Source: Fimicolochytrium jonesii
Lineage: Eukaryota
Direction: 5' to 3'
Assembly (NCBI RefSeq): GCF_025526975.1
Contig: NW_026515669.1
Location: 558,001 to 622,000, forward strand
DNA length: 64,000 nt
Position 1 is the first letter of the stretch. Each line of letters starts with the position of its first letter. The notes below the pieces were generated by a model. It was not told the origin of the DNA. It saw nothing but the letters and a program-made list of their open reading frames with translations, and did no database searches. The translations under genes were made by a program, and so were the position numbers. Below, piece after piece: positions 49,076-62,188 of the stretch.

Positions 49076-52000
49076 TCAATTATGCAAGCTTAGAGCGTTC
49101 CTTGCTTGCCTGATGTTATTCCTCAACAAGTCGCAAGACCAGTCACTGTTGCGATAGAGGTCGACAGAGGTGGACAAATCCAAAGAAATCAAAGAAGTCT
49201 CCAAAGTCTCCAGCTTCTCGTGTGCACGATCGAGTTTCTCGGCATGTTCGACGCTTGTGCCGCCCAGCGTTGCTAATCCCTCCAATGCTTCCTTGGCAGT
49301 CATAATCGCGTTTGCCACATCAGTGCGAACGCCGGCGGCCTCCGAGAGATAGAGATCCTTAAATTTCGGACTGGCATCCCGCTGTTCCATAAGCGTTCCG
49401 GCTACATGCAGGTCTCGTTGCTGAGCCGAGATTGTCTCGCGCCTCTCGATGATGTGCTTACGAGCCCGATGGAGGAGGTCACGAATGCGGCATTCGCAGA
49501 AGCTTCCAAGATTTATCTGCATCTCGGGCGCATCGTCATCCTTTTCCTTCTCCTGATCCGGCTGCTCCTGAGACTCCCCGTCCTCCGCCTCATCATTGTT
49601 CCATTCCTCTGCGCTTTTCCCTGATATATCATTCCGCTGTAATACACAAACGTTCTCGATTGTCCAGTTGGGAATCAGCCCGGACAAGTTCAGAGTGAGC
49701 GCCTCCCGGGAATTGTTCATAAGGATTCGCCGGATGCCGATGTCGCGGTGAACGTTCATTAACCTCTGCAAACTCGGACCTGGCTTCGTCCGACAATCGG
49801 ATATCACCAAAACTTCGTCTCCCATACGCTTCAGTAGACGAAATAGATGTGGTTCGCAGCCTGCAAAAGTTCGTTCCAAAGTAGTGCCAGTGCTTTGCTG
49901 CAAGCATTGTCGAATGAACTCCAGATCTTTCATCAGGTTCTGAGAGAACCACCGTGATTCAGCGATTTCACCTAGAGCCCTAAGACTATCTTTGTCGAGC
50001 AACGACGGATGTGAAAGCAGCAGGCATGTTAACAACTCGATAAGCCTTGCGAGGAGTCCACGCTGCGCTGCAACCTCGATTGCCCCGAAGAGCCTCCCCA
50101 ACGGGCCCCATTTAGCACGACTCAGTATTGCCGACAGGTTTTGACAAAGCGGTTCCAGTGTTTCACGAAAGAGTTTTTCGTAGTCCCAGTTGAATTTTTC
50201 CTTAAGGAAATAACCCCAGCGTCGTTCCTGCCCTCGGATCGCCAGAAGAAAAAGTCGAGTGGGTAGCACACAGCATGCGCGGCCGAGGGCTTCACCAGAA
50301 GTAGGGTAGCGATGACCTTTTCCATCAGGTCTACAAATGCCTGGCCATCAATGAAGTTGCCGGGATCCGATCCGTACGTTGTGAACCTAAATATGTCGTT
50401 GCAAACTCTACCAGACTACATCGTTCGTACGTGAGTGGTCATTGGTTTGATTGATGATGGACGAGGGGCACTCACCCTTTCCGAAAAGCGGTATATTTCC
50501 GAATAACGTCGGTTCCACCGGACCCATGGCACCGCCTGTGCTTTGTCGTTCGTGTTCAGCCATCGGAAAGAGTGCCAAAGGTAAAATGCTTGTGCGTTTG
50601 GAGAACCCCTTTCGGGTTTAGTCATGGATGCCAGTGCGTTGATTTTCGGGGCGCTGAAGCTGTGTTCGTAAAGCAAGAGAGCGCGGGATACGGTGGACAA
50701 ATTCCGTAAGAGGGCTGCTTCATCAGTCAACGCCTTGTGATCTTCCAAGAGCGCTTTCACTGCTGGAGTCTGGAAATTATTGTAAACGACGGTCGGATCC
50801 ACGCGCCAAGGCAGCACTGGATACAGCAGAGCCGAAACCAGGTGTAGCTCGATCAATTCTCTATAGGTCGTCGGCTTGCAAAACCCCGCTCGTTGAAAGG
50901 CTCTGAGCAGTTCAAGAAATGCAACGTTTTCAGCGAACATCTTGCGTGTTCGATCACATGTAAGCTGCCGCTGCCTCTGACTCGCCAGAGTTGTATTACC
51001 GCCAACGGACGGTGTGGCTGGCGTAGAAGTCAGCTCAGATAATTTCGTACGTCAAACTTAGTCTCTCGGCAAGTTTGACCATATGGTTCCGCAGCCACTG
51101 ATTCGCAAGTTTGGCGAAATTGGAGATGGTCGTGTGCTCAACGTCGGCCGTCAAGAGACGGTTATCAAGCATTTGAAAGATTGCGGGGTAAATGCGGCAA
51201 AGATCCGGATTCTGCGGATTGCTCCTAATGCCGAAAAAGTGCTGACTTTGTGAGCGGAGTTGGCCAAATTTCCTGGAGTGCTCCAACTCCAGGATGAGGG
51301 TTGTCACACATCGAATTAGAAGCCCGGTATGCGGCACAACGTGCGCCCACTGTGCGTCCACGATAAGGCTAGATACAGCCCGGACGAGGGAAAACAGAGC
51401 GAGTGCCGCGATGCCGTTGTCCTCTTTCCATCTTTCCTGGATGCGTTCGAAGTGGCCCTCATTTGCGATGATCTGTCCCAGAGTGGCCTCTTCGAATTCT
51501 TGCGGAACGACCGAGGAGACCTCCCGAGCAACGGAAAGCAGTTGTTCGTCAGATTTTGCGCGTTCTGGTGCGAAAATCTTCAGAAAACTGTAACATCGAG
51601 CGCCCCAGAGAATCAAGTCGCGCGCCTCGTTCAAACGCGATTGAACGTCGGATGTGTTTGTAAAGCGGTCAGTCCGCAACGCATCCAAAGCCTTCTTCCA
51701 GAGTCTCTGCCGTACGAAGGTATGGGCGGCGGCCTCGACGTGACCAAGCTCAAGGTGGAGAGTCGCAAGCTGATCCCAGTATCCGTATCGCTGATGCAAC
51801 AAATGGTTAAGGTGTTTGCTCAATCGGGATACACAAACCACGGGGTTTACCTCATAAAATTTTCGTTTCGACTCGCTCTCTGACATGTTCTCCACCATCT
51901 TAGCAACCATCGAGAAAGCCTTCTTGGTATGGTAACGTACGGCAAATCGGTGGCTTATGTCAGTCTTTAACTTCTTCGGGCATTTCGCAGACTTGGAGAG

Positions 52001-54951
52001 CCGAAGGAAATCCTCCACAAGCTCTCCTCTCAGACATGTCCGCATGGCATTTTCTAGATCGCCGTCTTCTTCAAAAGCATGCACCGCGCGTATCCATTTC
52101 TTCGCATCGAAATAGGACTGACCAGCGTCGGTCAGAAGATCGACTTTTTCAAACTTGCTGGCCGCGTCCAGGAATTTGGCGTTCGCTGCAGGGACGTCGC
52201 CAAGTCCTGCAGCTCGGAGGCCTTCGGCATAAGTCCTCTTCGCTATGCAAACGTCCACCTCTCGTGTATTGCGTGCATTTCGGAAAGATCTGAGAGCTTG
52301 GTCCAACATGTCTTTCTGTTTGAAAAAATGGCCACGGCTATTCCACTCGTCGACAGAACTTCTGCGAGCCAACGTGGCGTTGCTGGCATCCTCGGCGGTA
52401 ATATAGGAAAGTGGGACACCAGAACGTTCCCAATAATCAAGCATGATCTCCCTTTTTTCCTTGCTCTGGTCGAAGAACCATAACCTTTTCTTCGCGCGCG
52501 TGACGGCCACATACAGGGTTTTGAGCTCGCATAACAGCGCGTGGTGCTGCCGTTCGTCAAACTCGGGCGCTTTGACGGGGCCCTTGCTCATTTGCCCGCC
52601 GATTCCGAGAAGGACACGCCAACTTCGAAAAGTGGAATCCTCGAAAAAGTTGAACAAGAGGACATCTTGGAACTCCAATCCTTTGGCTTCGATAATATCA
52701 AGAATCAACGTGTCAGGGAGAAGGGTTTCCACCAGCTTCCTCGATTTCTCGGTCCTCAAAATCACCACTTGCTCGGCCCCGAGAACGGCATCTTGATCGC
52801 CGGTCTGCTGCTCATTTTTCCCAAACAAAGCCCATCGCAGGCGTTCGGGCGATGTTTCTCGAAGGAATACGGGGATCGCACCTGCACACAGCGCGCTCTC
52901 CCTTTTTAACTTGTCAATCCTATACGGGAACAGCTTCACCAAGAGATCAACAATGCTGCTCCCAACATCCAAGATCCCCCAAGCTTCACGATCGTTCACA
53001 GGCTAGGCCTGTTCACCGCCTTTTAGATCAATATCTCCTTGTTTGGATTATCCAAAATCCCCGTATGCGTCTATAATTACGTTGGATAGTTTTGCGTCAA
53101 GGAATGTATCGGGAAGGCGTCGGACATTCTGCCGCGATTATTGCCATGTGCTGAAGCTTTGTGGGAAGATGCCGTCGGTTGCTTGCGAAGAAAATGTGGT
53201 ATGTAATCATTGAATAGAATATGCCGCAAGGTTTCGAACCGGAAGCCCACACCCGAAGTGATTGTTTGGGCAGTATCGCCCGCAAAACAGAACCCATCAG
53301 GATTTCGACATAGATATTTGAGCAAGGTTAGTTGCGCTTCGGTCAGATCTTGGACCTCGTCGACGTACATATAATCGACTTCTGTTGCCTTCAGCTTACG
53401 GATCAGTTCTTCCCCTTCATGGTCTTTCAGCTTGTGCCCTTGCAACTGTTGGTATATAAACGCCACAGCATCGTGAAGGTCGTAGTGGCGGCGTTCTCTC
53501 TTTATATTCTCGTAGGTTTTGTAGCTGTCATATACACTCTGCCGTTCTTCGGTACTGGCGGTGGAACTTCTCGAATTAGCCAGCTCAAGGTAAGCGCCTT
53601 CTGAAAGAACCCGAGCTGGCTCAAGAAGCGCTGCGCCGGACCCTTTGATGACGGAGGTGTATTCCGTCCAGAGGAATGCAGCGGAAAACCTTTTCGTCAC
53701 TTGAGAACTCAAGTGCGGGTAATAGAAGAGCTCGAATTTTCCGAAGTCCATTTCTTTGGCGGGGATGGAAGTGCTGTTAGTACGAGATACCAGGCTTTCC
53801 AGATCTCTCGCGGCTTCCTGCATGCGTGGTTGGAAGAATGAAGACGGCGTCACATTGTCAAGTTCGAGTAGGCACTGGCGAAACGTTTTGAAGGAAACTG
53901 CTTCGTTCAAGCTATCCGACCAATCGCAGTCTTCATAAGACCCAAGGAGCCGAGCATAGTAGTCTTTCATGGTGTCGCAGAGCCGGGAGCTCACGGTGAT
54001 CATAAGTTGACGCGGTATGCCATCATGATGTTCCGTCTCGAATATCTCGGGGTTTTCGAGGTATGGGACGTGGCGTCGACACATCTTGTAGAGACAGACC
54101 GTGGTCTTTCCCGTACCACTTCGTCCGATGATCAACATGTTATGTTCGTCAGAAACGACTGCTTCTTCCTCCGGGCTTAACCCCAAAGGCAGCTCGACGT
54201 TCGCCAGCCGCCCTTCCTTAAGCATTGCAATGTGTGTATTTGTCAGGTGATGCGATCGAACGTAGCTCATCAGGTCATCGAGCCCCTGCAGATCGAGTTC
54301 TGGACTGATCGTATCTGCGTCTGAGCGGAAAGCGGCGAAAGGGCGGCTGCCACGCCATTCCCGTTCAAATTCTCGCGGTAAATAGATCGTATGCTTCCCG
54401 TCGATGATCTTGAGCGGCGACCGGCATTGCTCTAGGATGTCCGGAGTCAAACGGTCTGTGAGACACTTGATTTTCTGGAGTTCCGGGCATCTGTGCGCCG
54501 AGTTGACAATAGCCCAGATCTTGATGACTTGGGTAAATTGGTTTTTCTTCGCATCCAAGTACAAACTCCAGAAAACTTGCAGATCTCCGACTCGTAAAGT
54601 TTTCAGAAAGCTATCGCCCTCTACTTTTCCCATCTCGCGAAGATTCCATTGACCACGGATTAGGCGCACAAGCGAGCGGATCAACTTCTCGTTGCGGTTA
54701 TGCGCCTTTAAAAACTGCAGAGCAACGTTGCTGACTTGTAAGCTCCAAGGACAATCGCTTCCCATCGAAGGGAAGGTGTTGAATCCGTCCGAACCATTGC
54801 CGCCTTTTGCTGACCGTACGAGAACCTTCTGCAAAGTCTTGGCTCGCTCCCTTTTGTTGACGAGAGAAGCGAGCGCGACGTTCGAGGGTATGGTCGCAGG
54901 TCGCGGCTTGTCCCCCGCATCAAGCCCCTCCGCTTCCTCACGGCCTAACAT
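49076..54951 (-). pseudogene. TRANK1/LBA1-like UvrD-family (SF1) helicase with TPR-like region, apparently disrupted
   Basis: Motifs IIGRSGTGKTT, YVDEVQD, FAGDTAQTI, LTQNY, AKGLEFQDVLLFNFF, ELKTLYVAVTRAKKRLW. Reading frame is broken at ~52975-53085 (insertion with stops), ~51052 and ~50269. 5' end uncertain. Confidence 0.7.
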
Positions 54952-55559
54952 GCTTTGAAAACCAGCTGGTGGGATGCAAGTTTGCCTTTGGTTGTTTTTG
55001 GCGAGCCAAGTTAGGACACGATAACGTACTGTGGCACCGTTGACGAAGACTGGGAGTTATTGTTGTGGGTGATTTTCGCTCAGGGGTGGTTGCTTCCGGT
55101 ACAGGTACGTACTCATGGGAAAGTGCGCGTTTTTGAGAAACCGCCGACCTGAGACCGCCAGGTCGCCGAAATTGTGGAGATGCGGGACGGGCATCGGCGC
55201 AGGCCGGGGAAGATCGGGGGCATCTTGGAAGACAAGTGCAATTGACGCGTGCGGCCGTTTGCTCCCTCACAAAATGTGTGGAAGGTCACGATTCGTGAAC
55301 AATTACAGTACTGTATTTTGAAGCATGTCTTGTCGCGGACATAGCCTACGGTCTCACCATTACCGTTTCAGAAAAAGGTCCTAGAAACAGACATGGCGAC
55401 TACGGGTTGTAGTCAGTCGAGTACTCGCTCTGAGTGGAAGCCCGAAACTATGACACGACGCATATCATCCTATGTGAGGCCTAGGCTGCTGTTCAATGGT
55501 AGACTCCTTCACTGCCTCCGAACCCGGTAGGTACAGCACATGAATCCAAACGAACAAGG

Positions 55560-58181
55560 TCATGGATGGGGAAACGTCTTGTTGTTGATCACACGTATCA
55601 GTTCACCCATGATGTTGTGCATCGAAATCTGATATCGCATCAGCTCTCTGCATGAATGATCAAAGTCTGGTGAGAAGTCGCTGGTACTGCACCATATGCA
55701 AGAGCGTAAGGGATCACCCACCTCGGCGGAAGCTCACATAACTGCCCAGTCTTACTCTTCAACAAGTCCAGCACGGCGGCAAAGGTGATATCTTCGTCGT
55801 CCACAGCCTCTTCCGACTGGGGCGCTTCGAGCTGACGGATAGGCGTTTGGTTCGCATAGGCGTCCTGCGTGATTGTTGTATTCGGGCTTGCTTGGGCTGA
55901 CGGCGTGGGTGTTTTCAGGCTGCCGGTAGTGTGCGATCCCTCCGAGGTGTAGTCGGCATGGCTTGGACGTGATGGCGGCCGAGCGCTTTCTTTCTCTTCG
56001 AATTCCATAGGTTCTGCTAGCTGTGACTGTGACCGGTCCAGCCCGTTATACATCTTGATGGGCATAACTACCGTGTCTCGGCGTTTCTCCTGCGGGTACA
56101 CTGATCAGCTTCAATAAAATGGTTTGCCGACTTTCAAACGGTCGTACCATTTGCCGTGGTGTTAGGATGTTCTCCTCGTTACTCGCTGGTCTGCGCTTCT
56201 TGTCTGCGATCGGCACATAATCCACATCTACCGGGGCGTGGATGCGTCAGTGGAAGATACGTAGAACGGCCGTGATCATTGCACCTTACTTTTGTCATCT
56301 TGGCTGTTGTGATCTGAGAGAATGTTCGAATCGGAATGCGCGCGTTCTTGCCCGTCACTAGCCATCTTGTCCATCAGCATTTGGGCCCTCATATGTGACC
56401 CCTTGGCCGGAGAATCGTCCGGTCCTGTCGTGGACTTTTTCGCAATTGGTCAGTGATGGGCTCCGAAGACGACGGAGTGGGGTCGACATACATGTGTGGA
56501 AAGGTTGACCGCCAGAGCCTGCAAATACTCCTGTCCTTTGCAGTGGGCGGGAAGCATTCGTCGTATGTTGTCGATAAGTTTCATACACTTCCGTGCCTGA
56601 GCGTACTTTGCTTGCCGCTGGCCCAGGGGGCTCGGCTGCGCTCTTTGCAGCCCTGATATTCTAAACTTGTCTGCTAGCTGTTGTGCCACTGGTGCGACGA
56701 AAAAGTTCCGGTGAGGCCCGAGCTAAACCCTTACATTGCAGGTATGCTACTCACGTTCAACCACCGCATCCCTTTGCAGGAAGTCCCAAATCAGGTTGAG
56801 CCCAGCAGATAATGCCACCAGATCGTCATCTGATTGTTCCATACGTGCGTTGATGTATTGCACCACGTGTTCCCACACTTGACGTGCTTTACGGCTGAGC
56901 TGAGGACTTTATGATCAGCATACGAGGTGCGCTACCAAATGCCAGTTCGGGGCTCTCACCTGAGGAGATGCAGCGCACCGACTCCCGGAAAGCTGCAGAA
57001 TCGAAAATATAATACGAAGATCCTCCATAGTCCAAGATGATGGCTCGCCATTCGCTCGTATTTGATTTAGGAAAATCGCGAGCGGCTTCTTATCGATATC
57101 GCGGAACGCCTGCCGAGGGTCCACAGGTCTATCAGGCGGTGAGCCATCCGGTCCGACTACGGTATAGAAGACCGCCATCAAGAATGCGTCGATCAGGCGA
57201 ACATCGTTGCGTATCAGTTTCGCGACCGGTTCGACGGCTGTTTTCATGAACGTCTTTGTTGTTGGGTATCGGCTCAAATGCATCAAGAGGAATAGATACG
57301 TTCGAAAGCATTCCATGCGGATTGCTGAGCTTTTCTCGAATTGGAAGGTGCTCATCAGTGGGACTAGTACCAGACACGAGCGTTTGTAGTTGTTGATGTG
57401 ATCTGGTGAAAGTACGCTGGCATGAGCTTTTGCCCAAGCAGACGGGCAGTGAGCGATGCGTAGTACCATGGACGGCAAAATTGGCAATCAATCGCCTCCA
57501 AGCCTTGTGAGCTTGGAGTCTTTTCCCCTCCACCTTGCTGTTGAAAGCGGCCTGATTTGATTCGAAGTAAGCTTGACCAGTTTTGCAGTTTCCGAACATA
57601 TCATAACCCCGGTCGCCTTACCTCCAAAACTCGCAGCAACGCGTTAAGGAGCGGAGTCTTATGCAGTGCTGATCCAAACATCACAACGATGAAGCCCCAC
57701 GCGGTCGGCATATAATCATCTTCTTCATGTTCCCGCAGCATGTCCAGTAATACAGGCAGAACTCTCTTTCCTAGAGCCTGAACAACAAAAACCTTCATCC
57801 CCTGCCCTGGTCCATTTTCACTGCCCCGCAACGAGCACACTGGGTACCTTTATATCGGCTTCGTTTTCAGAGCGTAGCGCGATGAAGACCTCGACCAGTT
57901 GGGGAAAAAAGTCTGTCGCTAGGACATATCTTCCTTCGGCGTTTGATAGTAATGATCTGAAAGCTATATATGGTTGCTTAGAATCTACACTGAGTGAAGA
58001 GTATTGAAGGTCGGCTGAGCCTACCTTTTGTGACCCAGACGTCGGCCATGGTCACTGCCAGCTTCGGGTCCTCCGCAAACGCCTCCTTGACGCTCTCGCA
58101 TGCACCACGAACTGCGGCATCGTCCCGAGAGAGAGAGTCTACGAAAGCGGTGAGAGCAGAGGTGGAGGTATCGCCAATCAT
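55560..58181 (-). CDS. RIF1: Rif1-like protein (partial HEAT region + conserved central motif + C-terminal helical motif), unusually short; 5' end uncertain and may extend to ~58700
   Basis: Spliced AWGFIVVMFGSALHKTPLLNALLRVLE|AAFNSK...AHKAWRRLIANFAVH|DHINNYKRSCLVLVPL; DYVPIADKKRR...ILTPRQM|EKRRD...KMYNGLDRSQ; ends LCELPP|RELMRYQISMHNIMGELIRVINNKTFPHP*. Confidence 0.7.
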
Positions 58182-59900
58182 TATCGTTGCCGTTCTGATT
58201 CCGGGGGTCTGAGAAAGGGGGCCTGCTCATTCATGTCGACCGTCTTTGTGTCCGAAGGGCCCGGACGCGTTTCGCATGAGCTTTGGGTTTTTGGTCATAA
58301 TCTCCGCTGACGGACACTTGAGAGCCGCTCAAGACCTACAGTACTGTAATCGAGTCCGTGACCTCGCTGCTTCGGTCAACCCTTCATGAGCGCAAGCAGG
58401 GTCAGCTTCTCGTCTACCTTTACCGAGAAACATCTTACGAATACTTTCTATCGCCTCCGTCGTCGACCTGACTTGGCCTAATACCCTGCATGGGAATTGA
58501 GCTGCACAACACCGCTTTGAAGGGTTGCCATCCATTCTCGAGGATTTCTCGGACGGGGTGGACAACGTAGACGCCGTAGAGCGCGGGCATGCTGTTTTCG
58601 ACAGAACCAGAATCGTGAGGATTGATCCAGATGATATTGTCCGTCATCAAAGGCGAAAGGGACGATTGGTATTTTGCAAAGAGCATCTCATCTGGTTCAT
58701 CTGGTGCACTCGAATCTATCTATCTCATCATTTGACCGAGAAGGATGCGCTAGATAGATATCTGGTATTCTGGGGTGCTGCGGCGGACTGTTCCTACAGG
58801 GAAGGGAGGTATCAGGGGCGGAGTTTGACTTCTGTTCTGGATTCCCAGTGGGATTCCGAACATTCCTGCCGCAGAAGGGCGAGAGGGGCTGAGCACTTTG
58901 CAGGCTGCGGCGTCATGCTCAGAGGCAGAAAAAAAAGGGGGAGCGAGCGACCCTTGATGAGGCTTCCTTTTAAGTCCACAGTCGTCTACTGCGTAAGGTG
59001 TCGGTTCCGCGAACCACGGCCTCACATTCCATCGCTCTTACAAGTTACAAGTAACAGTAACTTCTCTAACTTCTGCAAAAGTGTTCCATCATGTCAGTAA
59101 TCCTCCACTTCTTGATGCCCTGCGATGCCTCATTAGTTCCTATGCTTGACGGGGTTCTGAAGTTGTTCAGCCGGAGATTGACATGGATATGATATTTGTG
59201 TTCACACTGTGGCAGTGAGTTGGCCGCAAGACCGACACCTACTGTAGGACTTGCCCCTTTGATTATTATTGGCGTATCATGTTCTATCCAGGTGTCACAA
59301 CGACTGGGAAAAGGCGGTCTGTGCACATGCGTGACGATCCTCCGAGGTTACCGACGCCGGTCACAAACTCCGTTTTTGGAGCGGGCCTCAGCCCCTCCTT
59401 GATTTTCAAAGATCTCCGGCGTTGCCCGACCACCGAGTCCGCACGATCGGCCGTCAATCCTTTTGCCACAACGGCCAAGGAGCACTTGGACGCGTTTGCG
59501 AACCGTCATGAGAGAGATTGCCGCTCAAAAAAGGGCTGCCACAAAACGGCCGGGGGGTTTTGTGCGATAGCAAACTTTTGCGAGACGTGGCCTGGCCTTC
59601 AAGTTTTCCCCCACAGTGCACAGATAGTGTCTGGGACTGCCAAGTGGCATGCGTCTGAACAAGGGACGACGGGGACGGAAAGGGGCCTACTTGTATGGAA
59701 TATGGAGGACGGGGGAAAGTTCCCTCGAAAAGGCTCATCCCGCCTGGTATAAAGCTGCCAGACCTGTTGTCTTCACCTCCTTCGGCTCTTCAAGCACATA
59801 TATGTATACATGCTCAATCATTCGGCAGCTACGACTCAAGTCCAGAAACCGGCGCTGATTTTCTCAACAAAGTTAAATCACACATTAGCTTGCAATCACG

Positions 59901-62188
59901 ATGTTTCGCCGTGGGTCTTTAGCAGTTGCGGCGCTCAACTTCGTGCGTGCGGCGTCGATTCTTAAAGGCGCCGATCTTGATGGAGAATTCAAAGTCGTCA
60001 GCGACAACTCTGGGGTAGTCGGTGGTATGTACAGATGTTTGCGCTGGAAGTTGATGGACGATCCATTATATAACACTTTCTTACGCTGATTGTCCGATGC
60101 CTAATCTCTTCTAGTGCACATGTCCCTTCTTCCGGGCAACAAGCTTCTTCTATCAGAACGTTTCCACGAAGTCCCATCTGAATGGCTCGGGCCGCGTTAC
60201 CCAAACGGCGATGCCAACGTGATGTGGAACGGCAACCAAGACCAGATGCAGTGGGCAGCAACCGCAGACGTCTACAAGCCCAACAAGAACCTCGTGGGTG
60301 TTCCGCTGACGGACACCGCCGAGTTCGATATCAACACGAACAACTTCACGATGATTGCATACCCTGCCTTGAGTGGCGACGAAGGATACGCGTTCTGTAA
60401 TGGAGCATCGCAAATGCCAGACGGTGGGATCATGGTCGTTGGAGGTGATCAGAAGTATGGAATGACACTGAGAGGTGTCAACTACACCAGGTAAGCTGCG
60501 ACCGCACAATGCAACAACTTGACAAGCTGGCAACTCATGATATATTGGAGTGACGGTCGTCGTGACATTCGCGTATACAAGAATGGCGCATATACGAAGG
60601 TCGCCGAGATGAACTGGGTAAAACCAGACAAGACCTTCACCGGCCGATGGTATCCAACGGTAATCGGACTTCCCAACGAGAACATGATGATCATCGGTGG
60701 CCAGAAAATCTACTTTGAGCCTAACGAGCCTCGGGCGAACAATCCGACCTATGAGATATATCAGGGCCCGGGCCAAGTCGCTGCGCCTGTCAATGTGTCC
60801 ATCCTGCAAAAGAGCTTCGTAAGTCATGAGTGGCACCGACGAAACACCATCTCTTTTTGACGATGTTCTAAATCTGCCATCTACTGCAGCCCATCAACAT
60901 GTATCCCATCTCATACGTCATGCCAAAGACTGGAAATATCTTTGCTTTCGCCGGCAACCAGTCCGCGATTCTGGACATCGCCGCCAAATCTGAGACACCC
61001 CTTCCCCAGTTACCTAATGACAACATCTATCCTCGGAGCTTCCCTTTCGCCGGCACGAACTTCCTGCTACCTCTGACCAAAGCGAACAACTACACGATGA
61101 CCATTTGGGTGTGTGGAGGAGTTGAGAAATCAACGGCAGCGGACGGCCCTGCGTGGTACTCCAATTGCTCCGGATGTAAAGGCGCCAGTCAGTGCTATCA
61201 TATCGATCCTGAGAGCGATAACCCGCAATGGACCCCGGAAAACATGATCGAAGGTCGCTCGCAACCCATCGCCGTCAGCCTTCCTGGTGAGTTTCTCGTA
61301 CGTGCATACATTCGTGGTATTAGCTTCTGAACCACCTCCCTGCTTTCAGACAGCACAATTGTAATTCTTAACGGCGGTGCCATCGGACATCAAGGAGGCA
61401 ACGCTGGTATCCCAATCGGTGGAATATCGCCCACGAACCGCGCTATGATCTTTGATCCCAGCCAGCGAGACCCCGCCCTTCGCTGGCGGTTAGGTGCGAC
61501 CGCAACGGTTCCGCGTCAATATCACGGTTCTGCGCTGCTTACGACGTATGGCTATGTGATTATTGGGGGAAGTGACGAGCAGAACTTTGGGAACACAGTA
61601 GCCGATTCTCGCAAGGACCCGTACGAGATGCGGCTTGAGGTCTATTACCCTTCGTACTTCAAAATCCCCAACCGTCCCGCACTCGATTTGACTAGAGCAC
61701 CCGCAAGTGTTCATTACGGTCAGAAGTTCCTCGTGCAGTTCACCGATGATGTCGGAGCAAACATCTCTTCCGTGAACTTCATCAAATACGCCACCTCCAC
61801 CCACACAATGAACAACGACCAACGCCTGGTTGAACTCAACATCGAGAAGTATGGCAAAAACAAGCTGCTCGTCACCACTCCTGCCAACTCCAGGATTGCC
61901 ACGCCAGGGAATTACATGCTGTGGGCTATCGACAACCGCGGCGCGCCAGTAATGCAGGCGGCAACAATCAACCTTCGGGCTTCGAACGCTGGCACGGATG
62001 TGACGTGGGACGATGCGGACACGGTACAGCCCGCAGCTCCTCCATCGGCGCAGCCTGGTTGGGGAAGCACGAACCCGAACCCTGCCAACAGGACCAATAG
62101 CGATGCGTCAAACTCGGCAGGCAGAACAAGTCCTGTCAGTGTAACTACTCTGATGACTTTGCTGTTCTTGGGAAGTATGTTTATGTAG
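59901..62188 (+). CDS. Secreted, probably GPI-anchored AA5 copper radical oxidase (glyoxal/galactose oxidase-like)
   Basis: Signal peptide; active-site motifs FCNG (Cys), RWYPT (Tyr), PRQYHGSALL (Tyr-His) and STHT (His); C-terminal Ig-like domain TPGNYMLW; Ser/Ala omega region and hydrophobic tail; TATAAA near 59748. Confidence 0.92.

Noticed and set aside
52960..53080. Ordinary intron at the helicase break (GTAATT donor at 53080)
   Set aside because: The only phase-compatible acceptors I found would delete the conserved THTGILDV segment
49076..58181. Single Rif1-helicase fusion gene
   Set aside because: The Rif1-like model ends with its own C-terminal motif and TGA at 55560, about 600 bp before the helicase ORF
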